Source: an uncultured Eubacteriales bacterium
GTDB taxonomy: Bacteria > Acidobacteriota > Aminicenantia > Aminicenantales > Saccharicenantaceae
Assembly (NCBI GenBank): GCA_964423315.1
Contig: CAYREO010000005.1
Location: forward strand, 31,834 to 95,833
Reading direction: 5' to 3'
Length of the DNA: 64,000 nucleotides
The position numbers and the translations under genes were made by a program. Positions 44,970 to 54,828 of the stretch are shown here, one piece after another; positions within the stretch are counted from its first letter, which is position 1, and every line of letters begins with the position of its first letter. A model generated the notes under the pieces. It saw only the letters and a list, made by a program, of their open reading frames with translations, ran no database searches and was not told the DNA's origin.

Positions 44970-46340
44970 TCATATCCAGGCCGTCCCTTCTTCGGGGCCG
45001 CTTCCGGCCGCCGGCTCGGACCGCGGAACATCGTTCGCCAAGGCGTCCTCCATGGCCTCCACGAAGGTGTCGATCTCCTCGACGGTCGTATAGACGTTGG
45101 GGGACACGCGGAGGGCCTGGTAATCGAAGACCTGGTTCGGCGGCACTCCCCCGACGAGCGGGACGACGATGATCCGGTACTTCTGCATCATGAATCGGGC
45201 CAGATCGCGGACGTCGATGCCCTCGATGTTGACCGCCGCGACGCCCCAGGTCTCCGGCGGCTCCCCGAGGTTCGACAGGATCCTGACCCGGGGATGTTTC
45301 TGCAGGGCCTTGGCCCAGCGCAAGGTCAGGTAGCGCATGCGGGCCGCCTTGCGCTCGGCCCCGATGGCCTGGTGGAAGGCCAGGGCCTCCCCCAGGGCCG
45401 CCCGGATTCCCCAGGGATGGGTGCCGATGGACTCGAACTTCCGGATGTCCTCGTCCTGTTGCTCGGGAGCGGCCTGGAGAGGCCAGAAGCGCGGGATCAT
45501 CTCCCGCCGGACATAGAGACAGCCGTTGCCGATGGGGGCCATCAGCCATTTGTGGAGGCTGACGCCGTAGGCGTCGCACTCGAGGTCCCGCAGCTTGAAC
45601 GGGAAGTGCCCGAGGGCGTGGGCCCCATCGACGATCGTGACGATGCCTTTGGAGCGCGCCAGGCGGCTGATCCGCCGGACGGGGAACAGTTGGGCCGTGA
45701 GGTTCGTGATATGGCAGAAATGAAAAACTTTCGTCCGCGGGCTGATGGCCTTCTCGAAGAGGTTGTAGAGATGGTCCTGGGTCGCCGGTACGGGGAACTG
45801 GAGACGGGTGATCTTGATGCCCTCGCGCCGCATCCGCTGGTCCCAGGTCGTCAGCATGCGGGGGTAGTCCTGTTCGGTCGTGACGACCTCGTCGCCGGCC
45901 TTGAGGTCGATCCCGTTCTGGACGATCTGAAGGGCTTCGCTCGCCCCGCGGGTCAGGGCCAGCTCTTCCGGGTCGCAGCCGAATTCGTTGGCCATCCGCC
46001 GCCGGATGGTCTGAATGTTCCCCGCGACCATGGCTTGGTAATGGACGGGCAGGAGGTTGATCTGTTCCATGTACCGGAAGGCGGATTCGAGCACGACCCG
46101 CGGGCAAGGGCAGGTGAAACCGTTGTTGAGGTTGATGAGGGACCGGTCCAGCTTGAAACCGAGCTGCACCTCCCGCCAATAGAACTCGTCCGCGGCGACC
46201 TCCGCGGGGCTGCGCCCGGCGACGGACTGCGAGGCGGCCTCGACCCTCGCGAGGTTGGCCGCGTTCCAGGTGAAGGCGACCCCTCCGGCGGCCCCGACCG
46301 TGCGCAGGAAATCCCGGCGGCTCCAATTCTCAAGTGACAT
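44970..46340 (-). CDS. Aminotransferase class-V-fold PLP-dependent enzyme (isopenicillin-N-epimerase / cysteine-desulfurase-like) with twin-arginine signal
   Basis: Start at ATG 46340 (MSLENWSRRDFLRTVGAAGGVAFTW, Tat motif). PLP-lysine region SLHKW. The longer ORF to 46679 is a spurious extension. Confidence 0.75.
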   Translation of the reverse strand: MSLENWSRRDFLRTVGAAGGVAFTWNAANLARVEAASQSVAGRSPAEVAADEFYWREVQLGFKLDRSLINLNNGFTCPCPRVVLESAFRYMEQINLLPVHYQAMVAGNIQTIRRRMANEFGCDPEELALTRGASEALQIVQNGIDLKAGDEVVTTEQDYPRMLTTWDQRMRREGIKITRLQFPVPATQDHLYNLFEKAISPRTKVFHFCHITNLTAQLFPVRRISRLARSKGIVTIVDGAHALGHFPFKLRDLECDAYGVSLHKWLMAPIGNGCLYVRREMIPRFWPLQAAPEQQDEDIRKFESIGTHPWGIRAALGEALAFHQAIGAERKAARMRYLTLRWAKALQKHPRVRILSNLGEPPETWGVAAVNIEGIDVRDLARFMMQKYRIIVVPLVGGVPPNQVFDYQALRVSPNVYTTVEEIDTFVEAMEDALANDVPRSEPAAGSGPEEGTAWI

Positions 46341-46457
46341 GTCGAACCTCCCCGGACCCGGATTCCCGGTCATTGTAATGCAGGTCCGGAAGGGCGTCAA
46401 GGAGCCGGTGGCGTTCGGCGGCAGGATGCATTTCCGCGCGAACTGTGCTACATTACG

Positions 46458-47615
46458 ATGTCTCAGAACCGGTTGGAGGCCGCCATGGATTTCCGCTTGT
46501 ATTTCCGCTCCCGCCAGGGAGAGATGGTCCATCTTCTCAAGCAGCTCGTGGCCCTCGAGTCTCCCACCGGCGACAAGGCGGCCGTGGACGCCTGCGCCGC
46601 CCTGGCCGCCCGAGAATTGAAGAGAGCGGGGTGCCGGGTGACGACCCTGCCCCAGAAGGACATCGGGGACCTCGTCCAAGCTGAGTTCGCTCCCGGCCGT
46701 TTAAAGGATGCCGACGACGAGATCCTCGTCCTGACCCACATCGACACCGTCTGGCCGGTCGGAAAACTGACCAAGATGCCGTTCTATGTCACAGGCGACA
46801 AGCTCTACGGACCGGGCGTCCTGGATATGAAGGCCGGACTCGTCATGGTCGTTTCGGCGTTGTCCACAATCCGCAGCCTGAACCTCAAGCCCCGCAAGCG
46901 GATCACGGTCCTCGTCAACACGGCCGAGGAGACCGGACACGCGGCGGCCCACGAGGTGATCCGCAAGCTGTCCCGCAAAGCCTCGCTCGTTCTCTGCCTC
47001 GAGCCGGCCCTGCCCGGAGGGGCCCTCAAGCTCGAGAGGAAAGGACGGCTCGTCGCCCGGCTGGAGACCCACGGCCGGGCCGCGCACGGAGGGATGCCCC
47101 AGAAAGGCGTCAACGCCATCGAGGAGCTCGTCTCGCAGCTCCAGCGCCTCAAGAAGCTGAGGACCGGGGAGACGACCGTCAACATCGGCCTCATCGGCGG
47201 CGGCGAGAAGCCCAACATCGTTCCGCAGACCGCTTGGGCCGTCCTCGACATCCGCTTTTGGAAGGCTTCGGACCGTGACAAAGTCCTGGCGGCCCTCAAG
47301 GGGGCCAAGCCCGTTCTCCGAGGCGCCCGCCTCAAAGTGTCCGTCCAGAGCACGACCCCGCCGATGGAGAGAACGAAGGCCTCGACCCGCCTCTTCGCAG
47401 AAGCCACGGAGATCGCCAAGTCCGTGGGTCTGACCCTCAAAGGCGGCAAGACGGGAGGGGGCTCGGACGCTTCCATCGCCGCCGGTTTGGGCATCCCGAC
47501 CCTCGACGGCCTCGGGCCCGACGGAGACGGCCTCCATGCCGAGAACGAACATCTTCTTCTGTCCTCCTTCGTCGAGAGGACGGCCCTGTTGACCCGACTC
47601 CTTGTGGAGCTTTGA
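46458..47615 (+). CDS. M20-family metallopeptidase (carboxypeptidase G2/ArgE/DapE-like)
   Basis: HIDTV metal-binding motif, dimerisation lid, GGGSDAS and GLH..NE C-terminal motifs. Confidence 0.75.
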   Translation: MSQNRLEAAMDFRLYFRSRQGEMVHLLKQLVALESPTGDKAAVDACAALAARELKRAGCRVTTLPQKDIGDLVQAEFAPGRLKDADDEILVLTHIDTVWPVGKLTKMPFYVTGDKLYGPGVLDMKAGLVMVVSALSTIRSLNLKPRKRITVLVNTAEETGHAAAHEVIRKLSRKASLVLCLEPALPGGALKLERKGRLVARLETHGRAAHGGMPQKGVNAIEELVSQLQRLKKLRTGETTVNIGLIGGGEKPNIVPQTAWAVLDIRFWKASDRDKVLAALKGAKPVLRGARLKVSVQSTTPPMERTKASTRLFAEATEIAKSVGLTLKGGKTGGGSDASIAAGLGIPTLDGLGPDGDGLHAENEHLLLSSFVERTALLTRLLVEL

Positions 47616-47689
47616 TTGACTCCCAAGGCCGAATCTGCTAGTTATAAGTCCCATATCATAAGGGATAAGCGAATTTCCACGGAGGCATC

Positions 47690-48835
47690 ATGATCAAGAA
47701 ATACTATCTCCTCTCTCCCGGCCCGACCCCGGTGCCGGAGAACGTTCTGGCCGCCGCGGCCGAACCGATCATCCATCACCGGACGCCGGAATTCTCCAAG
47801 ATCTTCATGGAGACGACCGAGGCCCTCCAGTACGTCTTCGGGACCAAGGAGGACGTCTACATCCTGACCTCGTCGGGCTCCGGGGCCATGGAAGCCGCCG
47901 TCGTCAATCTCCTCAGCCCCGGCGACCGGGTCCTGACCCTCAACGCCGGCAAGTTCGGCGAGCGGTGGGGCAACATCTGCAAGGCCTACGGCATCGCCCA
48001 CAAGGAGATCGTCATCGAATGGGGCAAGGATTACTCGAAGGACGAGCTTGAGGCCGCGCTCAAGGCCGAGCCCGGCGTCAAAGCCGTCTTCTGCCAGCTG
48101 TCGGAGACCTCGACGGGGGCCATCTTCGACATCCAGGGATTCGGCGAGGTCGTCGCCAAAACGGACGCTGTCCTCGTCGTCGACGGCATCTCGGGCACGG
48201 GCGCGACGCCCTGTCCGATGGACGAATGGAAGATCGACGTCATGGTCTCGGGCTCCCAGAAGTCGTTCATGATCCCTCCGGGTCTGGCCTATATCGCCGT
48301 CGGTCCCAAGGCCTGGAAGCTCGTCGAGACCGCCAAGTGCCCCAAGTTCTACTTCGACCTCAAGAAGGCCCGTAAGAACCTGGCCGACAAGACGACGCCC
48401 TGGACCCCGGCCGTGTCCCTCGTGATCCAGCAAAAGAAAGCCCTGGACATCATCCGAAGCATGGGACTGGAAAAGCTTTATGCCCATCATCGGATCCTCG
48501 GGGACGCCACCCGGGCCGGGGTCAAGGCCCTCGGCCTGGAGCTTCTCTCCGAAAGGCCCGGGAACATCCTGACCGCCGTCAAGACGCCGGCCGGCATCGA
48601 GGGCGGCAAGATCGTCAAGACGATGCAAGGCAAGTACATGGCTTATATCGCCGGCGCTCAGGACCCGCACAAGGGCAAGTTCTTCCGCATCGCCCACCTC
48701 GGCTACATGGGCGGGTTCGACATCATCACGGCCCTGTCCGCCCTGGAGATGACGCTCGCGGACCTCGGATACGGGTTCGAGGCCGGCAGCGGCGTCCGGG
48801 CCGCCCAAGCCGTCCTCAAGGAGAGATGGCAATGA
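47690..48835 (+). CDS. Class-V aminotransferase (AGXT/SerC family; probable phosphoserine aminotransferase)
   Basis: PGP start motif and PLP-lysine context (SGSQKSF). Adjacent to, and overlapping, a 3-PGDH-like dehydrogenase. Confidence 0.7.
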   Translation: MIKKYYLLSPGPTPVPENVLAAAAEPIIHHRTPEFSKIFMETTEALQYVFGTKEDVYILTSSGSGAMEAAVVNLLSPGDRVLTLNAGKFGERWGNICKAYGIAHKEIVIEWGKDYSKDELEAALKAEPGVKAVFCQLSETSTGAIFDIQGFGEVVAKTDAVLVVDGISGTGATPCPMDEWKIDVMVSGSQKSFMIPPGLAYIAVGPKAWKLVETAKCPKFYFDLKKARKNLADKTTPWTPAVSLVIQQKKALDIIRSMGLEKLYAHHRILGDATRAGVKALGLELLSERPGNILTAVKTPAGIEGGKIVKTMQGKYMAYIAGAQDPHKGKFFRIAHLGYMGGFDIITALSALEMTLADLGYGFEAGSGVRAAQAVLKERWQ

Positions 48836-49731
48836 CGAAGATCCTGATCGCCGATTCGATGGACACGGAAGCCCTGGAGGCGTTGAAAGCCGTCCCGGGT
48901 TTCGAGGTCACCGTCAAGACGGGCATGAAAGAGGACGAGCTCGTCAAAACCGTGCCCGGATATCATGCCGTCGTCGTCCGGAGCGCCACCCGGATCACCC
49001 GGCCGGTCATCGAGGCCGGGAAGGACCTCAAGGTCCTGGTCCGGGCCGGCATCGGCCTGGACAACATCGACGGCCCGGCCGCCAAGGAAAAGGGCATCAT
49101 CGTGGCCAACACCCCGGCGGCGACCTCGATCAGCGTCGCCGAGCACACGTTCGGCCTGATGCTGGGGGCCGTCCGCAACCACGGGCAGGCCGTGCTGTCC
49201 ATGAAGCAGCACAAGTGGGAGAAGAAGTCCCTCGAGGGCACGGAGCTCTACGGGAAGACCTTGGGGATCATCGGCTGCGGGCGGATCGGGATCGAGGTCG
49301 CCAAGAGGGCCTTGGCCTTCGGGATGAAAGTCCTCATCTATGACGTCATCCCGATCACGACCGACCTCGATGTCAAGCAGGTCCCGCTCGACGAGGTCCT
49401 GGCCGCCGCGGACCTCATCACCCTCCATGTCCCGAAGCAGCCCAAGCCCATCCTCGGAGAGGCCGAATTCGCCAGGATGAAGGATGGGGTCATCATCGTC
49501 AACGTCGCCCGCGGCGGGGTCGTCGACGAGAAGGCCTTGCTGGCCGCCCTGAACTCGGGCAAGGTCCGGGCGGCGGCCCTCGATGTCTACGACAAGGAGC
49601 CCCCGGAGGACTGGACCCTCGTCGACCATCCTCGGGTCATCCCCATCCCGCATCTCGGGGCCCAGGCCGTCGAGGGTCAGAAGCGGGCCGGGCTCGAGGT
49701 CGTCCGCATCCTCAAAGAAAAGCTCGCTTAA
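48826..49731 (+). CDS. D-isomer-specific 2-hydroxyacid dehydrogenase (short SerA-type D-3-phosphoglycerate dehydrogenase, no ACT domain)
   Basis: GIIGCGRIG NAD-binding motif. Catalytic R/E/H region (VARGG...D). 301 aa. Confidence 0.75.
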   Translation: MAMTKILIADSMDTEALEALKAVPGFEVTVKTGMKEDELVKTVPGYHAVVVRSATRITRPVIEAGKDLKVLVRAGIGLDNIDGPAAKEKGIIVANTPAATSISVAEHTFGLMLGAVRNHGQAVLSMKQHKWEKKSLEGTELYGKTLGIIGCGRIGIEVAKRALAFGMKVLIYDVIPITTDLDVKQVPLDEVLAAADLITLHVPKQPKPILGEAEFARMKDGVIIVNVARGGVVDEKALLAALNSGKVRAAALDVYDKEPPEDWTLVDHPRVIPIPHLGAQAVEGQKRAGLEVVRILKEKLA

Positions 49732-49906
49732 GCGCCTGCGGAGAAGCCCCGGGGCATCGTCTCCGTCCGCACGGTGATTCTCTCCGCCTCCCACGGGGAC
49801 GGATTCGGCGGCTCACTCAACTCTCGGGATCGGCGGCCTTGTCGAAGACGCGGGCCAAAGCTGAGCGGTCTTTGGCAACAACTCCGGGTTCTGCTAGAAT
49901 ACGTCC

Positions 49907-51061
49907 ATGATCTATCTCGACCACAACGCCACGACGCCCGTCGACCCGGCCGTCGCCGAGAAGATGGCCTGGTTCCTGCGCGAGCACTTCGGCAACCCCT
50001 CCTCCCTTTACCCCATCGGCCGCAAGGTCAAGGAGCTGATCACCGAGGCCCGGGAGCGGGTCGCCGCGGTCCTCGGCGTCGACCGCGGCGAGATCTTTTT
50101 CACCGGCTCGGGGACGGAATCCGACAACTTCGCCGTCTTCGGGACCCTCGATTCCCATCCCGAGAAGAACGAGTTCATCACCTCGTCCATCGAGCATCCG
50201 GCCGTTCTCGAGGCCGCCAAGGCGCTCGAGAAGCGGGGGGTCCAGGTGACCTATCTCCCGGTGGATCCCTATGGGACGGTGGATCTCGACGCTCTCCGCG
50301 ACGCCCTGACCCCGCGAACGGCGCTCGTTTCGGTCATGCACGCCAACAACGAGATCGGGACCATCCAGCCGATCGAGGACATCGTCCGCATCTGCAGCGA
50401 GAAAGGCGTCCCCGTCCACACGGATGCCGTCCAGAGTTTCGGCAAGATCGACCTCGATGCCCGCAGGCTCGGGGTCGATCTCCTGACGATCTCCGCCCAC
50501 AAGATCTACGGGCCCAAGGGCGTCGGGGCCCTTTACATCCGCAAGGGCACCGACATCTGTCCCTTCCTCCGCGGCGGCCGTCAAGAGAGAGGACTGCGGG
50601 CCGGGACCGAGAACACGGCCGGCATCGTCGGCTTCGGCGAGGCCGTCCGCGTCCTTCAAGAAAAGGGGAAGAAGGAACGGGTCCGGGTCGAAAGACTGGC
50701 CGAAGCCCTCAAGCGGGGCATCGAGGAGCGGATCCCGAGGGTCAAGTTCAACGGCCATCCCGAGCGGCGTATCAAGAGCACGCTCAACTTCGCCTTCCCC
50801 GGGCTCGAGGCCGAGGCCATCCTCCTGGCCCTGGCCACCCGGGAGATCTACGTGTCGACGGGTTCGGCCTGCAGCGAGGAATCCGAAGAGGTCTCGCATG
50901 TCCTGGCGGCCATCGGGCTGAGGCCGGAGATCGCCCGGTCCTGCATCCGGATGTCCCTGGGCCGCGATAACACGGACGCCGACGTCGAGACCGTCATCCG
51001 GGAGCTTGCGGCCATCGTCGACAAGCTCCGGAAGATCTCGGCGTTCGACCCGCAGGACTGA
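49907..51061 (+). CDS. iscS: Cysteine desulfurase (IscS/NifS type)
   Basis: MIYLDHNATTP start, PLP-lysine SAHKIYGPKG, active-site SACS-type motif (STGSACSEE). Confidence 0.85.
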   Translation: MIYLDHNATTPVDPAVAEKMAWFLREHFGNPSSLYPIGRKVKELITEARERVAAVLGVDRGEIFFTGSGTESDNFAVFGTLDSHPEKNEFITSSIEHPAVLEAAKALEKRGVQVTYLPVDPYGTVDLDALRDALTPRTALVSVMHANNEIGTIQPIEDIVRICSEKGVPVHTDAVQSFGKIDLDARRLGVDLLTISAHKIYGPKGVGALYIRKGTDICPFLRGGRQERGLRAGTENTAGIVGFGEAVRVLQEKGKKERVRVERLAEALKRGIEERIPRVKFNGHPERRIKSTLNFAFPGLEAEAILLALATREIYVSTGSACSEESEEVSHVLAAIGLRPEIARSCIRMSLGRDNTDADVETVIRELAAIVDKLRKISAFDPQD

Positions 51062-51062
51062 A

Positions 51063-51611
51063 TCAGCGGGTCGGCGGGCCGCTCTTGAGCCGCTCGAGGT
51101 AGGATCGGCGGACGCGGACGAAGAATTCCAGGCAAGGCTCCCGCCGCATGTCCGGATAGGTCCATTCGAGGACCCGGGCGCCCGTCCTCGTGAACAGCAG
51201 CTCCAGATGGGCGTAGATCCCGTCGCGGAGCGGGATGCGGTGGGCGAAGTCCTTGGCCGTGGCCATGACCAGGGCCGAGGCCGAGACGTATCCCGGATCG
51301 AGGTTGACGAGCCGGCGGCCCTCCCCCGCCGGCGGCCCGATCTGTCGTTCGAGGACATTGGTACCGAGCTTGATCCCCGCCAGGTCCTGGGGATCGATGA
51401 GCTCCGTGAAGCTCATGAAACGGCGGGCCAGACCGCCGCCCATCTCGGCTTCATAATACCCGGTGAGATCGAACGCGAACGGCGGGCTTTCGAGATCGAT
51501 GCTCCCGTAGCGTTCGGCAAGCCGGTCCCGGGCCTGGTCATAGGACCGTGGGTCGCCGTGGATGACCCCGCAGACGAGCTTAACGGGAACGAAAGGTTTC
51601 GGCCGGGACAT
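51063..51611 (-). CDS. Hypothetical protein (DUF4416-like)
   Basis: 182 aa with native GC. The family call is from memory of the PVKLVCGV start pattern only. Confidence 0.4.
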   Translation of the reverse strand: MSRPKPFVPVKLVCGVIHGDPRSYDQARDRLAERYGSIDLESPPFAFDLTGYYEAEMGGGLARRFMSFTELIDPQDLAGIKLGTNVLERQIGPPAGEGRRLVNLDPGYVSASALVMATAKDFAHRIPLRDGIYAHLELLFTRTGARVLEWTYPDMRREPCLEFFVRVRRSYLERLKSGPPTR

Positions 51612-51676
51612 GGTCCACCCGAAGCAAGTATATCCCAGTCCTCATCCTCCCTTCCAGTGCCGTCCGGGGCGGGGGT

Positions 51677-51705
51677 TTGCCAATCCGTACCGAATTGCCT
51701 ATAAT
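51677..51705 (+). promoter_or_regulatory. Candidate sigma70 promoter for asnS with a consensus -10
   Basis: TTGCCA (51677-51682), 17-nt spacer, TATAAT (51700-51705). Only 9 nt separate it from ATG 51715, implying a near-leaderless transcript. Confidence 0.4.
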
Positions 51706-51714
51706 TGGCCCGTC

Positions 51715-53007
51715 ATGAGCTGGGTCTACATCGAGGACATCGGGGCCTATGAAGGCCGACAGGTCGAGATCCGCGGCTGGGTCCATAGCAAGCGGTCTTC
51801 CGGCAAAGTCCGTTTCCTCGTCCTCCGGGACGGCACGGGACTTCTCCAGGCGACGGCCTTCAGCGCGGACAAGGATGCCCCGCTCTTCCGGACATTCGAC
51901 GAGCTGACCCACGAGTCCTCGGTCATCGTCCGGGGCCTGGTCCGCAAGGACGCGCGGGCCCCCGGGGGGTTCGAGCTGAGCCTCGAAAGCATCGAGCCGG
52001 TCCAGATCGCCCGCGATTTCCCGATCACCCCTAAAGAGCACAGCACGCCGTTCCTCATGGAGCACCGTCATCTCTGGCTCCGGTCCTCGAAGCAGCACGC
52101 CGTCCTCCGTGTCCGGGCCGAGGTCGTCAAGGCCGTCCGGGACTTCTTCGACGGCCGGGGCTTCCGGCTCATGGACACCCCCATCCTGACGCCGAGCGCC
52201 TGCGAGGGAACGACAACCCTCTTCGAGACCGAGTACTTCGACCAGAAGGCCTATCTCACCCAGAGCGGCCAGCTCTACAACGAGGCGACGGCCATGGCCT
52301 TCGGCAAGGTCTATTGCTTCGGGCCCACGTTCCGGGCCGAGAGGTCCAAGACCCGGCGGCACCTCATCGAGTTCTGGATGGTCGAGCCCGAGATCGCCTT
52401 TGCCGAGCTCGACGACGTCATCGAGCTCGGGCAGGACCTCGTCATGTCGGTCCTCGACCGCGTCCTTACCCGACGGAAGATCGAGCTGGAGACCTTGGAG
52501 CGCGATGTGAAGCCGCTCGAGGCCATTGCCAAGCCGTTCCGCCGGCTGACCTACGCCGAAGCCGTGCCCCTGCTCCGCGACAAGGGATCGAAGATCGAAT
52601 GGGGCCAGGATTTCGGGGCCCCGGAGGAGACCTTGATCTCCGAGATCTTCCCGGGCCCGGTCTGCGTCACCCGTTTCCCCGCGGCCATCAAGGCTTTCTA
52701 CATGCAGCCGGCCGCGGACGATCCCGATGTCGTCCTCGGCGTCGATGTCCTGGCCTCGGAGGGCTATGGGGAGATCATCGGCGGCGGCCAGCGCATCCAT
52801 GACCTCGAGCTCCTCGAGCGGCGCATCCGGGAGCACGGCCTTCCCCGGGAGGCCTACGAATGGTACCTCGACCTCAGGAAATACGGGTCCGTGCCCCACT
52901 CCGGCTTCGGCATGGGCATCGAGCGGGTCGTGTCCTGGCTCTGCGGGATCAAGCACATCCGGGAGACGATCCCGTTCCCGCGGCTCCTTTACCGCATCTA
53001 CCCCTGA
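51715..53007 (+). CDS. asnS: Asparagine--tRNA ligase
   Basis: Class-II motifs and close matches to E. coli AsnS (FRAERS.TRRHL.EFWM.EPE, IKAFYM, GEIIGGGQR, WYLDLRKYGSVPHSGFGMGIER, IPFPR). 430 aa from ATG 51715. Confidence 0.85.
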   Translation: MSWVYIEDIGAYEGRQVEIRGWVHSKRSSGKVRFLVLRDGTGLLQATAFSADKDAPLFRTFDELTHESSVIVRGLVRKDARAPGGFELSLESIEPVQIARDFPITPKEHSTPFLMEHRHLWLRSSKQHAVLRVRAEVVKAVRDFFDGRGFRLMDTPILTPSACEGTTTLFETEYFDQKAYLTQSGQLYNEATAMAFGKVYCFGPTFRAERSKTRRHLIEFWMVEPEIAFAELDDVIELGQDLVMSVLDRVLTRRKIELETLERDVKPLEAIAKPFRRLTYAEAVPLLRDKGSKIEWGQDFGAPEETLISEIFPGPVCVTRFPAAIKAFYMQPAADDPDVVLGVDVLASEGYGEIIGGGQRIHDLELLERRIREHGLPREAYEWYLDLRKYGSVPHSGFGMGIERVVSWLCGIKHIRETIPFPRLLYRIYP

Positions 53008-53011
53008 CCCC

Positions 53012-54364
53012 ATGACCGCCTACGCCCGGGGTCGAGACGCCAGGACGCAGAAGGTCGCTCTTATCAGCCTCGGCTGCGCCAAGAACCTCGTGGACAGCGA
53101 GGTCATGATGGGCGTCCTGAAGAGGTCCGGCTTCAGCTTTTCCGCCCGGCCCGAGGATGCCGACATCATCGTCGTCAACACCTGCGGCTTCATCCGGCCG
53201 GCCCGGGAGGAAGCGGATAGGGCGCTAAGGAAGGCCGTCCGCCTCAAGCGTGACGACCCTCGGAAGAAGGTCGTCGGGGCGGGATGTTATGTTCAGCGGG
53301 ACAGGGATCGTCTCAAAATCCGTTTTCCGGAAGTCGACGCCTGGACGGGGGTCGGGGCCTTCGACCGGATCGCCGACATCGTCCGTGACCGGCCCGTCCG
53401 CGAACCGAAACGGACGTTCCTGTATTCCGATTCCTCGCCGCGGCTCGTCTCAACGCCCGGGACATGGGCCTACGTCAAGGTCTCGGAAGGCTGCTCGCGG
53501 CGGTGCGCGTTCTGTTCCATCCCCTTGATCAAAGGCCCCTATGTCTCGAGAAGCGTGTCATCGGTCGTCCGCGAGGTCGAACGGCTGGCCGAGCTGGGGG
53601 TCAAGGAGATCGATCTCGTGTCCCATGATACGACGGCCTTCGGGCGGGACCGGGGGCTTCGGCATGGTCTGGTCAGGCTCCTGGAACGTCTCGTTCGCGT
53701 GGAGGGCATCGAGTGGGTCCGGTTCCTTTACGGCTGCCCCGAGGGTCTTTCGGAACCCTTGTTGGCGATCATGGCCGAACCCAAGATCTGCCGCTATCTC
53801 GATCTTCCCTTCCAGCACGCCGACCCGGCGGTCCTCAGGGCCATGCGTCGGGAGATGGACGGCGGGCGGGCCCTGCGTCTCTTGGAGAAGGCCCGCGAAC
53901 GGCTGCCGGGCGTCGCCCTCAGGTCGTCGCTCATCGTCGGCTTCCCCGGCGAGGACAAGCGGGCCTTCGCGACGCTCCTCCGCTTCGTCCGGGAGGCGCG
54001 CTTCGACCACCTGGGCGTGTTCTGCTATTCCCCCGAAAAGGGCACGCCCGCCTTCGGCCTGCCCGACACCGTCGCGGCGGCGGAAAAAGAGGCCCGCCGG
54101 CGGGAGGTCATGGCGGCCCAGGTCCCCATTTCCCTGGCCTCCAACAGGTCCCATATCGGGAAGGTCCTCGAAGTCCTCGTCGAGAGCGTTCCCGGGCCGC
54201 AAGGCTCGAAGCTCGTCGGCAGGACCCGGTTCCAGGCGCCCGAGGTCGACGGCCTCGTCCGGGTCTCCGTCCCGCCGCAGAGCCGCCCCTGCGCCGTTCC
54301 CCTGGTCAGGGCCGAGATCCTTTCGGCCGGGGCTTACGACCTGCGCGGAAGGATGGTCCCATGA
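53012..54364 (+). CDS. rimO: Ribosomal protein S12 methylthiotransferase (radical-SAM MiaB-family)
   Basis: N-terminal MTTase domain (KVALISLGCAKNLVDSEVM), radical-SAM CxxxCxxC (CSRRCAFC) and a TRAM domain. Confidence 0.85.
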   Translation: MTAYARGRDARTQKVALISLGCAKNLVDSEVMMGVLKRSGFSFSARPEDADIIVVNTCGFIRPAREEADRALRKAVRLKRDDPRKKVVGAGCYVQRDRDRLKIRFPEVDAWTGVGAFDRIADIVRDRPVREPKRTFLYSDSSPRLVSTPGTWAYVKVSEGCSRRCAFCSIPLIKGPYVSRSVSSVVREVERLAELGVKEIDLVSHDTTAFGRDRGLRHGLVRLLERLVRVEGIEWVRFLYGCPEGLSEPLLAIMAEPKICRYLDLPFQHADPAVLRAMRREMDGGRALRLLEKARERLPGVALRSSLIVGFPGEDKRAFATLLRFVREARFDHLGVFCYSPEKGTPAFGLPDTVAAAEKEARRREVMAAQVPISLASNRSHIGKVLEVLVESVPGPQGSKLVGRTRFQAPEVDGLVRVSVPPQSRPCAVPLVRAEILSAGAYDLRGRMVP

Positions 54365-54822
54365 AAGCCGCAGCAAGGCTCCTGGCCACCTTCTTCGGGC
54401 TCGGTCTCGTCCCCGCGGCGCCGGGGACGGCGGCCAGCGCCGCGGCCGTCCTCGGCTACCGTTTTATCCTTTCGGAATGGCCCTGGCCCGTTCTCGCGCT
54501 TTTCCTCGGTGGGCTCTTCCTGGCCGGCGCCGCGGTCTCCTCCTGCTATGCCGCCGAGCTGGGATCCCCCGATCCCGGCCGCATCGTCGTGGACGAGGTC
54601 TGCGGCCAGCTGCTGGCCCTCGCGCTGCTCCCGCCCGGCTGGCCGCCGATTCTTCTGGCCTTCGCCGCTTTTCGCTTTTTTGATATCATCAAGCCCTGGC
54701 CGGTCCGCCGGCTCGAGAAGCTTCCCTCGGGCTGGGGGATCATGGCCGACGATATCGCCGCCGGACTGCTGGCGGCCGTGTCCGTCCGCCTGATCCTGGC
54801 AGTTGTCCCCGGGCTCGCTTAG
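54361..54822 (+). CDS. pgpA: Phosphatidylglycerophosphatase A
   Basis: PgpA-family membrane protein (FGLGLVPAAPGTAAS...DEVCGQ). ATGA overlap with rimO. Confidence 0.8.
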   Translation: MKAAARLLATFFGLGLVPAAPGTAASAAAVLGYRFILSEWPWPVLALFLGGLFLAGAAVSSCYAAELGSPDPGRIVVDEVCGQLLALALLPPGWPPILLAFAAFRFFDIIKPWPVRRLEKLPSGWGIMADDIAAGLLAAVSVRLILAVVPGLA

Positions 54823-54828
54823 TGGACC

